A stretch of DNA of 64,000 bases from Mobula hypostoma (lineage: Eukaryota), in assembly GCF_963921235.1 (NCBI RefSeq), contig NC_086097.1, forward strand, positions 127,102,001 to 127,166,000, written 5' to 3'. Positions within the stretch are counted from its first letter, which is position 1. Each line of letters starts with the position of its first letter. The notes under the pieces were generated by a model. It did not search any database. It saw nothing but the letters and a program-made list of their open reading frames with translations, and was not told the DNA's origin. A program made the position numbers and the translations under genes. Of the stretch, positions 49,890 through 60,347 are shown one piece after another.

Positions 49890-51600
49890 TGAGGTAGTAT
49901 ATACCCAAAATATATGGTCTTACTCTCTAAGGGAATTTCACATTTAAAGATGTCTCGTAGGGCATTATGTATCCCACTCCAATAATCTTTGATAACAGGG
50001 CATTCCAGAAAATATGATAATGGTTTTCATTTTGATTTCCACAATTTCTCCAGCAAGCAGGGAGGTTACTATCACGATGGGATTTCTGAGAGGGTGTAAT
50101 AAAATATCTTATCAAGTTTTTCCATCTGAACTCCCTCCATTTCTGTGAACTGGTACACTCCCATTGATACCTGCATATTATTGTCCATTCTTCCTCAAAA
50201 ATAATTATCCCTCCTTCCTTCTCCCATTTTGTTTTAATGTATGAAGTCGAATGTTTTAAGATTTGACAAATCATTATACATGCTTGAAATTATTCTACTA
50301 CTGTTATCTAAATTATATGCTTTTCTAAATAGCTCTATCAATCATGTACTTGCCTTGGTTACATTTTTAACCGTCCTATTAACATACTGTCACATCTGTA
50401 AATACTGATAAAACTCTTGTTTTTCTAATAAGTGTTTCTCTTCAAGCATTTCAAAACTGAACAGTGTTCCTTCTTTCATTATATTGCAAATAGTTGTTAT
50501 TCCTTTAGCTGTCTGATCCTTAAATCTAGCATCCGAGTCATATGCACACCATTTAAGAATTGCAGTATCTCCCTCTAGTTTATATTCTTTTATAATAGTT
50601 TTCCATATTTTAAGAGTCCATTTCACCCACGGGTTAGCAATAGTATTTATGTACCTTTGTAGGTTGTTATCAGCCAAAATAACCTGTATGGGAATGGGAA
50701 GTATCCCCTCCTCAATGTTTTTCCATTGAGCGTCACATGATGGGTTGCACCAGCATATCACAGCTCTCAACTGTGCTGCAAAATAATAATCTCTAAGAGA
50801 AGGTAGGCCCCATCCCCCCTTTTCCTTGGCTAATTGCAAAGTTTTGAGATGAACTCTAGGCCTTTGCCATATATATCTTGATAACATTTTGTTCCGTTCA
50901 TTGAATTGATTTTGATTAATCTCTATTGGTAAGGTCTGAAAGAGATATAATAGTCTGGGCAGTATATTCATTTTAATAGATTCAATCCTTGAACTGAGAC
51001 TAAAAAAAGGAATTAGGTTACATCTTGTTATATCTTCCTTAATTTTTTTTATATATAGGCTGATAATTCCATTCTGATAATTTTGCCAAATCGTTTGGCA
51101 TAGTGATGCCCAAATATTTGACGGACTCTGTTTGCCATGCCCAGAGATATCTACTTTCAATTTCTCTTGGTGGGCTATAGTTATATGAAAGTAATTGGGT
51201 TTTATCTATGTTGATCTTGTATCCTGATAATTGACCATATTGTTCAAAGGATTGCATCAATTTAGGTAAAAAGTATGTTGGTTGCCCTAGATAGATCAAA
51301 ATGTCATCCGCGTAACAGGCCAATGTATGCTCTGTCCCTTTAATAGTAATTCCCCTGATATCTTCATTTTGTCTGATGTATTGAGCTAATGGTTCCAGAT
51401 ATAATGCGAAGAGTAGCGGTGACCATGCACAACCCTGTCTCGTGCCCCTTTCTAGAATAAAACTATTTGATTTTAATCCTAGCAGTAGGGTTGTCATATA
51501 GTGCCTGTATAGTTTTAATAATTGTGTCATGGAAACCAAATCTATGTAAAACTCTGTAAAGAAAATTCCAATTAACCTAATCAAATGCCTTTTCAGCATT
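49890..51600 (-). mobile_element. L1/Tx1-clade LINE ORF2 fragment
   Basis: [56 protein letters not shown] and zinc knuckle CWRNCG...HYHIFW. Confidence 0.92.
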
Positions 51601-51637
51601 ATCTATTTATTCTATGGTTACTTTTCCTTTCTGTTAG

Positions 51638-51780
51638 CCTATCCCGGATACAGTTTTCAAAACCAGTGATAACTGCAGTGAGTGGCTACGCTGAAGCAGG
51701 AGGATTAGCAATCTTGTTGTTGCCTGACTTCTGAGTAATGGGGAGAAGTGCTATCATGGAAGTCTTCTGCAGGTGATTTG
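51638..51780 (+). pseudogene. Enoyl-CoA hydratase pseudogene exon
   Basis: LSRIQFSKPVITAVSGYAEAGGLAILLLPDF*VMGRSAIMEVFCR*FG. Acceptor CTTTTCCTTTCTGTTAG and donor TTG|GTACTT. TGA at 51732 and 51774. Confidence 0.92.
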
Positions 51781-51871
51781 GTACTTGTTTTTCACTGAGG
51801 AAAAATGTTTAACTTGTAGCATTTGCAGGATGTACAGGAGCTTTATAGAATGCTCCTTGCATTTGTCCCAG

Positions 51872-52003
51872 GTGTCCCACTGATTGATGGAGGCACGGTA
51901 AGATTATCCAGGGCACTAGATCTTATTCTGACCAAACACCCCATCAGTGCACAAGAAGCCTACGAATTTAGCTTTGCCACTCGAGTTGTCCCAGTTGGTT
52001 AAG
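51872..52003 (+). pseudogene. Enoyl-CoA hydratase pseudogene exon
   Basis: After a 91-bp GT-AG intron: (G)VPLIDGGTVRLSRALDLILTKHPISAQEAYEFSFATRVVPVG*. TAA at 52000 and donor AAG|GTTTGT. Confidence 0.95.
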
Positions 52004-52689
52004 GTTTGTGCAGCCCTTGATTTTAATTGCTCTTGGCTAAGTTACATGACTGCATTTCATAAATCACAGTGTTTCACAGAACATATAGAACTATATAGCA
52101 CAGTACAAGCCTTTCAGCTCACTAACAGCCGAACTGCTAACCTACCTCACAATCAATCCAATCCTTCCTATAACCCTTTCAAATTGAATTTGCAATTACA
52201 AAAATAAACAGTATTAGATGCAAGTTAAATTATATTGAGAAGGAGAAATATATATGAATTAAAATCAATTACTTGACTCAGAGTAATGGCTAGAATGGGA
52301 GCTGAAGATACTTCTTACTTGGGGTCTCAGAGATTTGGAACTCACCACTTCAAGGAGCGCTGAAGGCAGACTCCTCGATCACATTTAAAGCAGAACTGTG
52401 GTTGAGTACTTCTGTCACCTACGAGGTTGCTGACCCGTGCCTGGATGAAAGTAGCTCCGACAACTCCCAGGGAGCTCGACATCATCCTCTGCAAAGCGGC
52501 ACACCTGGGTTCACCACCCAAACATTTATTCCTTTCACCACCGGCACACAGTGGCTGCAGTGTCTGCCATTTACAGAATGCACCACATTGTGATAACACT
52601 CCCAAACTCACATCCTCTGCTACCAAAAGGACAGGGGCAGCAGGTGCACGGCAACATCACCACCTGTAGAATTACTCAGTGTCACTGCT

Positions 52690-53135
52690 GCTGCCACCTG
52701 TTATGCCGCAGGCATTTAGGCAACAGTGAAGGTTCTCCATCTCTCTCTGTCCTATTGCGCCTCAGGTGTGGTTCAGGGTCCTCATTTCTGCCTCTATGAT
52801 ATGGTGTCAAGTTGTCTTTGGTCTCCTGCATTTCCTCCACCCTTCAGGCGTCCAATGAAGTGCTGCATTGATGATGGAATTGGCCTCATCATGTGCCCAA
52901 TCCATCTTCAATGTTTCCTCATGATGATTGTGGCCATGTCCCCTTGGTGACACTGAAGGATTAGGGCGTGGCTGGAGATTTCTCTTGGCCAGAGAATCTG
53001 GAGGATCGTCCAAAGGCTTATGGTGTGGAATGATAGCAATCTCGTTCTCTGTCATGTGCCAGCATTCTGACGTGAACAAGACTGTGGACGGGACACAGCT
53101 CTGGTACAGCTTCACCTTGGTGTGGACGTTGTACT
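52690..53135 (-). mobile_element. RTE-clade LINE 3' fragment
   Basis: TKVKLYQSCVPSTVLFTSECW...ALHWTPEGWRKCRRPKTT. Confidence 0.75.
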
Positions 53136-54194
53136 TGGTTGATCCCCATTGATCCAAAGACCTTTCTAACTTTGCTGTGTCTGCACTGGATGTCATCCTC
53201 TTTCCCACCAACCTGCCAAATGATACTGCCCAGGTTGGCGAATCTGCCAGTGCTGGGTAAGTCAACTCTATATGCCTTGATGGGAGGAGGACATTCTACA
53301 GCTCAATGTTGCACGCAATCCAGTTTGGAAATATATTGCTCATCCTTCAGTATCACGCGATCTAAATCCCAGAACTCCCTCCCAAGAAGAACACCTTCAC
53401 TGGGAGTGCAGCAGTTCAAAAAGGTGACCCAACAAGACCTTCCCAAGGGCAATTATCGATGGCAAATAGATGCCATCCTTGCCAGGGTTGCCCAGATCCC
53501 AAAAAAGCAATGTTAAAAAAAACTAGAGACTGATGTTGGCAGGAGTGAATATTTCACTGAACGGTCAAGGTGACCTCTTGGGCCATGTCCAATTTTCATT
53601 GTTGGAATATCGGGTACAGTTCAGTGCATCAGTCTTTAGGAAGAGGATTAGGGCTCTGTTGAGTGAACCGATTTACCAGAATAATTGCAACAATGAGGAA
53701 TTGGGAAGCCAGAATGAGAAGCTCCCTAAAGGAGGAAATGTAAAGAGAAAATGTGGTAAGTTTGCTTAAAGGCATGATGAAACAAAAGAGGCAGACAAGC
53801 CTCTAATGGCTATAGGTCAAAAGCTGGATGACAGAGACAGAAGATAATTGACAAACATCCAAGGAATGATGTTAGAGTTTTTATACTGGAATGTGTGGTT
53901 AGAATTTGGTATGCAAAATTTGATAGGATAGTGAATAGAGATTCCAAAGGGCTTTCTTCATGAAAATTGATATACCTTGCAGCAGAAAAGAATACCAATG
54001 CCGTGGGGAAAGAGAAGGACTTGTGGACTAATTAACCATTGATAGAATGAGAGAAATAAAATTTGTTGGGCCAAATGGCTGTTTCTGTTGCTGTTCGATT
54101 CTATTTTTGCACTCCGGCTAAACTTAAAGGACCGTGTTTATCATATTCATTTTGAACACAGCAGACTGCTTTTCCAGTGCTCCCATGAAATTAG

Positions 54195-55080
54195 CTGGGC
54201 CCTGTTTCCGACACTCCCTCTAAACTCTCTGGGCCCTGTTTCCGACATTCCCTCTAAACTCTCTGGGCCCTGTTTCCGACACTCCCTCTAAACTCACTGG
54301 GCCCTGTTTCCAACACTCCCTCTAAACTCACTGGGCCCTGTTTCCGACACTCCCTCTAAACTCACTGGGGCCTGTCTCACACACGCTGTAAACTCACTGG
54401 GCCCTGTTTCCGACACTCTCTCTAAACTCACTGGGGCCTGTCTCACACTCACAGCCTCTAAACTCACTGGGGCCTGTCTCACACGCACTGCCTATAAACT
54501 CACTGGGGTCTGTCTCACACTCACAGCCTCTAAACTCACTGGGGTCTGCCTCACACACACTGCCTATAAACTCACTGGGACCTCTCTCACACACACTCTA
54601 AACTCACTGAGGTCTGTCTCACACACACTGTCTGTAAACTCACTGGAGTCTGTCGCACACTCACGGCCTCTAAACTCACTGTGGCCTGTCTCTCACACAC
54701 ACTGCCTCTAAACTCACTGGGGTCTGTCTCACACTCACAGCCTCTAAACTCACTGTGGCCTGTCTGTCACACTCACTGCCTCTAAACTCACTGGGGTCTG
54801 TCTCACACTCACGGCCTCTAAACTCACTGTGGCCTGTCTCTCACACACACTGCCTCTAAACTCACTGGGGTCTGTCTCACACTCACGGCCTCTAAACACA
54901 CTGGGGCCTGCCTCACACACACACTGCCTCTAAACTCACTGTGGCCTGTCTCACACACACTCTCTAACTCACTGCAGCCTGTCTCACACACACTGCCTCT
55001 AAACTCAATGGGGTCTGCCTCACACACACTGCCTCTAAACTCACGGGGGTCTGTCTCACACTCACGGCCTCTAAGCTCAC
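54195..55080. repeat. Minisatellite, 33-38 bp units
   Basis: About 25 copies anchored on CTCTAAACTCACTG. The unit changes from GGCCCTGTTTCCGACACTCC to GGGTCTGTCTCACACTCACGGC along the array. Confidence 0.95.
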
Positions 55081-56185
55081 CAAACACAGTAAAAGTGAGG
55101 TTATATTTCTGTGAGTCTGCAGACATCCCACCCTGCAAAAACTCATTTCAGGGAGGTCTCAACTGGAAGTCTCAACCTCATAGCAGTCTGTGTCAATGAA
55201 TTTGTTAATCTTGCAAAACATCAGATTCACAAGTGTTTTGTGAGGCAGCTGACTTCTGAATTCTGTCTTAATGTGATGCACCATGCTGAATGCCCTTTCT
55301 ACATCACAATTGGAATTTGGCAGCACCAAAAGCAGCTTCATCAACTGGATGCTCTACCTGCCACTCTCTTGCTTCATCTGTCACTCACTCTCTCTGTCTG
55401 TCTGTCTCTCTCTCTCCCTCTTGTTCGCTCGCTCTCAAAAAAATTGATTTCTAGGATATTGTATATAATTTGCGGGTGTCAGGGAGTCGCTAACAATATG
55501 CGGGAGACTCCCGGAACTGCCAGGAGAGGTGGAATGTCTGAGTCTGTTGGGGTCACATACTCCCGGTGTAACCTCCTGTATATCGTTGAGACCCAACATA
55601 GATTGGGAGACCACTTTGCAGACCACCTATGCTTCGTCTGCCAGAACAAGTGAGATCTCCCAGTGGCTACCCATTTTAATTCCACTTCCCATTCTCATTC
55701 TGATATGTCCATCCATGGCCTCCTCCACTGTCATGGTGAGGCGACAGTCAGGTTGGAGAAACAACACGTTATATTTCATTTGTGTAGCCGCCAACCTGAC
55801 AGATGAACACTGAATACTCAAACTTCCGGTAATGCCCCCCATTCCCCCCCCCCACTGTTCTCCATCCCTTTTCCCTCCCTCACCTTATCTCTTTGTCCAC
55901 CCATCGCCTCCCTCTGGTGCTCCTCCCCCCTTTTTCTTGCTTCCATGGCCTTCTGCCTTTTTCACCAATCACCTTCCCAGCTCTTTACTTCATCCCTCTT
56001 CCTCCATGTTTCATCTGGTGTTTCACCTGGTGTTTCTCTCTTCCCTCCCCTCACCTTTTAAATCTAATCCTTAGCCTTTTCCCTCCAGTCCTGCTGAAGG
56101 GTTTCAGCCCAAAACATCGACTGTACTTTTTTTCCACAGATGCTGCCTGGCCTGCTGAGTTCCTCCAGCATTTTGTGTGTGTTAC
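55081..56185 (+). mobile_element. Penelope-like element 3' end (GIY-YIG remnant plus terminal repeat), interrupted by hAT
   Basis: CES|VGVTYSRCNLLYIVETQHRLGDHFADHL. Degenerate hammerhead CAGTC CTGCTGA...AAAAC ATC GACTG at ~56086-56123. Confidence 0.8.
55120..55540 (-). mobile_element. hAT deletion derivative retaining the C-terminal dimerisation domain
   Basis: TIR CAGACATCCCACC / GGTGGAATGTCTG and perfect 6-bp TSD AGTCTG (55114-55119 and 55541-55546). LLVLPNSNCDVERAFSMVHHIKTEFRSQL. Confidence 0.88.
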
Positions 56186-56189
56186 CTTG

Positions 56190-56762
56190 TTTTTTTGATT
56201 GACCGTAAACAAACAAATCAGGTCAGACATCTAGTGCAAAGAATGGACTGCCTTCATACTATGCTTTAAACAATTGTATTCTCCAAATCTTCAATTTTAT
56301 TGTATCATTCAAGATGATTTTTGATACCTTCAAATTCTTCATTATTCCTAACTTGTTGAAGTAGTGAAATTGTTGCATTTTCTCTCCTGGCCGTTTCTGA
56401 CATCACCACTGAATGTTTGAAACCACAGTGAGCAAAGCAGTTCGAGATTGTCCTACTGATCTCTTGTCAAATATCAGTGACAAAAATCAATGCTCTTTGA
56501 ACACAAGCACACGCAACTGACACTTTTTAAAAACTGATAGCTCTAAGCACAGTGTAGTGTCTAATGGCCACACATATGCACATGACTGGCACCAGTTAGA
56601 AACTGTTCAGGAACAGTCCCCCGCCCCGGTTAAGAAGCATAGTGTCCCAAATAAACAACTGATATCCTGGCTATTTCTCAGTTTAGTTTCTGTTCTTTAA
56701 GAGTTGTCCCAAAGTAATGGTTGCCCCTATTAGACGATAGTCCAATTTACTGGAATCCACTG
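56190..56762 (-). mobile_element. Tigger/pogo-like non-autonomous transposon, same family as 1-664
   Basis: Terminal GGAATCCACTG and an internal match to positions 1-90 in reverse orientation. Confidence 0.6.
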
Positions 56763-57164
56763 TTGCATTATCATCCAGTAATCTGGAACAGCTGCTGATT
56801 CGGTCACAGCAAAGTCACAAGTTTGCTGAATGATTGGACCTTTATCGTAGCAGTGTTCAGGACGAAAGGTGTGGTGTGGTTTGCCTCTTGCCGCAATCGT
56901 GGGTCCTGGGTTTTGTAGCACAGCCACATTGCACTGTGTTGGCTTTTGATGGGGAGGGAGGCAGCTTATGGCCTTACAGCTGGTCCTGCTTTCCTCCTCT
57001 CCCTCTCTCCCTCCACCTCCACCCCCACCCCCACCCCCACGTGAAGCAGCTGATCAGCCTGGTGCCCATGTTGACCTAGCATCAGGGGTCCAGACTCGCT
57101 GGAGGGGGTGGTCACTAGCGGTCATGACAAGTCTCCACAGACCCCGCTGTTGAAGGTATCATAC

Positions 57165-57317
57165 ATATTCTGTCTGCTGCTTCGCTTCCCCTTGGTTAGC
57201 CGCAGCTCTCTAAGTGTTTGCTGGGCCTGTTCCAGCTGCTGATGTTCATTAGCTGACAGCAGTCAGTAACGGCTCCGCAGCTGTTGGATCCATCACCGAT
57301 GTAGAATATCCTCGGCA
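57165..57317 (-). pseudogene. Candidate decayed exon in unique GC-rich DNA
   Basis: CTTGTGCATTTTCAG| acceptor. One frame reads AEDILHR*WIQQLRSRY*LLSANEHQQLEQAQQTLRELRLTKGKRSSRQN, with both stops TGA. Donor and true frame are uncertain. Confidence 0.4.
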
Positions 57318-57494
57318 CTGAAAATGCACAAGGCTGTGACAGGGTGTGCTGCAATTTGGGGGCAATGAGGTAATGTATATGTGCCCAGTTTTATAATCAG
57401 TTGAAATGGAATACCTGGATTGACGTAGATGGCAAGTCTGAAGTATCTGTCTTATTCACTGATATACGTATGTGCGTGTGCATATATGGACATG

Positions 57495-57953
57495 GACACA
57501 CACACACACACGCACGCTCAAAACCTACATACACACAAAACCTACACACACACACACAAAACCTACACACAAACACACCTACAAACAGACACAAAAAGCT
57601 ACACACACACAAAAATCCTACACGCACACACAAAACCTACACACACACAAAACCCACACACACACACACACGCGCACGCTCAAAACCTACACACACACAC
57701 ACACACGCTCAAAACCTACACACAGACAGACACACACACCTACAGACACAAAAAGCTACACACACACAAAAATCCTACACGCACACATACGCTCAAAACC
57801 TACATACACACAAAACCTACACACACACATACGCTCAAAACCTACATACACACAAAACCTACACACACACGCTCAAAACCTACACACAGACACACACACC
57901 TACAGACACAAAAAGCTACACACACACAAAAATCCTATACGCACACACAAAAC

Positions 57954-57988
<35 letters not shown>

Positions 57989-58011
57989 CAAAACCTACAT
58001 ACACACAAAAC

Positions 58012-58049
<38 letters not shown>

Positions 58050-58185
58050 CCTACACACAGACAGACACACACACCTACAAACAGACACAAAAAGCTACAC
58101 ACACACACAAAAATCCTATACGCACACACATACCTACAAACACACACGCAAAACCTACACACACACACAAACCTACTCACACAAG
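57495..58185. repeat. Compound CA-rich satellite with higher-order structure
   Basis: (CA)n tracts punctuated by AAAACCTA, AAAAAGCTA and AAAAATCCTA in a recurring order. Confidence 0.95.
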
Positions 58186-58509
58186 CCTGAAACAGTTTGG
58201 GTTCATTTTTCCCATGATGTAACACATCAGGAATATTCGGAAATGATGGCATTGTTTATATTATTTGGACTTAGCAATTTTAAATCTGGCAAAAAAAATG
58301 TCTCTGTGTGAATAAAAGGTTACTGGTGTGCAACTATCACAGGAGTTGTGGGTTCAAGTCCTTCTCCAGGGACTTGAGTGCAAAACTCAAAGCTGACACT
58401 CCAGTGCTTTTTATTTGGATTAGATGTTAAACTCCAGAGCTCCATCTGCACAGTGTCATGGATACAAACATTTCCACAGTACTGCTTTGAAGAGAAATCC
58501 TTCATGATG

Positions 58510-59175
58510 TCCAGGCAGCATCTATGGAAAATAGTACAGTCGACGTTTTGGGTTGAGACCCTTCGGCAGGACTGGAGAAAAAAAGATAAGTAGATTTAAA
58601 AGGTGGGAGAAGAGGAGAGAAAAACGCAAGGTGATAGGTGAAACTGGGAGGGAGAGGGATGAAGTAAAGAGCTGGGAAGTTGATTGGTGTAGGAGATACA
58701 GGTCTGGAGAAGGGAGGAATCTCATAGAAGAGGACAGAAGGCCCTGGAGGAAAGAAAAGGGGGAGGAGCACCAGAACGAGGTGATGGGTGGGCAAGGAGA
58801 TAAGGTGGAGAGGGAAAAAGGGATGGGGAATAGTGAAGGTGAGGGGAGGGGGGGGACATTGCCGGAAGTTTGAGTGATCAATGTTCATGCCATCAAGTTG
58901 GAGGCTACCTAGATGGAATATAAGGGTTGGAGACTAACTCCTTCACCAATCAACTTCCCACCTATTTACTTCATCCCTTCCCCCCCCCCCTCAGTTTCAG
59001 CTATTGCCTTGTGTTTTTCTCTCCTCTTCTCCCACCTTTTAAATCTACTCCTCAGCTTTTTTTCTCCAGTCCTGCCAAAGGGTTTCGGTCTGAAACATCA
59101 ACTGCACTCTTTTCCGTAGATGCGGCCTGGCCTGCTGTTCCCCCAGCACTTTGTGTGGGTTGCTTGGATTTCCTG
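58510..59175. mobile_element. Inverted pair of Penelope terminal-repeat fragments
   Basis: ~58510-58930 on minus and ~58935-59175 on plus both match 55780-56185. Each carries a degenerate hammerhead core. Confidence 0.75.
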
Positions 59176-60068
59176 CAGAATTTTGCTAGTTTTTTCCTTC
59201 ATGGTGTCATAATCTTTTATGACCATGAAGATCTTTTATTATCTTTTCTTTAATGTCATTTCTGCATTGGGCAACACTCCCACAGCTGACTATCTGATGA
59301 GTATTCCATCGATCTGGGATCTTGCTGGGCATAAATTAACACTGTTGTACCAGAGTTCCTACTTCCAGTAAGAGACATTCTATATCTCTATCTGTTTGCT
59401 AACGTGATCAGCAAACCCAGCTCCACACAAATGTTGAGTTTGGGAAATTGCTATGTAAGGGTTTAGCAGAATTGTGGTTTCATTGTGACCGGAGTTCCCC
59501 AGGCAGAGCAGTGGTGATGGAGGGTGGGGTACATGTGGGTGTGTCGAATAGCTTAAGAGGTGCAAGCTTTATTCCCCCCCTCCATATATGGAAGGTGAAA
59601 AGTGAAGCCAGGTGGGTGGGTAGGGTTAAGGGTCAGAGAAGAAGGAATTTGATAGGAGAGGAGAGTGGACAATTGGAGAAAGGGAGGTAGAGGGGACCCA
59701 GGGGGAAGTAAATGCAGTCAGCTGGATGGGCTGAAATGCAAGAAGTATCAGGAAAAAGGGTGATAAGCTGAGAGAACAGATCAATACACGTATCTGTGAT
59801 TTTGTCACCATTGCAGAGACTTGGTTGTCACAAAGGCAGGAACGACTGCTGCATGTTCTGGGATTTAGGCGCTTCAAAAGTGACACGACTGGAGGTAAAA
59901 TTAGTGGAGGACTGGTGACGTTAATCAGAAATAGTATCACATCTACAGAAAGGGAGAATTTCATGGAGTGTTCATCTCCCGAGTTAGTGTGGGTGGAAGG
60001 CAGAAACAGGAAGGGAGCAATCACTTAACTGGAAGTATTCCATAGACCACTCAGTAACAGTAGAGACA

Positions 60069-60218
60069 TCTTCCTTCTCAGTCCTGAAGAAGGGTCTTGG
60101 CCTGAAATGTCGACTGTACTCTTTTCCATAGATGCTGCCTGGCCTGCTGAGTTGCTCCAGCATTTTGTCTGTGTTGCACAGTGGCATTCCAGCACCTACA
60201 GATTTCCTTGTGTATGTG
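60069..60218 (+). mobile_element. 150-bp Penelope terminal fragment with hammerhead-like core
   Basis: TSD AGAGACA (60062-60068 and 60219-60225). CAGTC CTGAAGA AGGGTCTTGGCCT GAAAT GTC GACTG at 60079-60116. Confidence 0.75.
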
Positions 60219-60347
60219 AGAGACACTGAGGAGCACATTGAGAGGCAGATTTCTGAAAGGTGCAAAAATAACATCATTGTTGGTCAAGGACGACTTCAAC
60301 ATCCCTGATATGGATTAGTGTGAAAGGTTCAGATGGGGCAGAATCTA

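Noticed and set aside
51732..51776. In-frame TGAs as selenocysteine or readthrough codons
   Set aside because: They align to conserved Arg positions (CGA>TGA) and co-occur with a TAA, a deletion and loss of the catalytic Glu.
54195..55080. CRISPR-like regular array of ~35-bp units
   Set aside because: The intervening sequences are variants of each other rather than unique spacers, there are no cas genes, and the context is eukaryotic.
57401..58311. 253-279 aa His/Thr-rich ORFs
   Set aside because: Artefacts of a stop-free CA repeat, open in all three plus frames.
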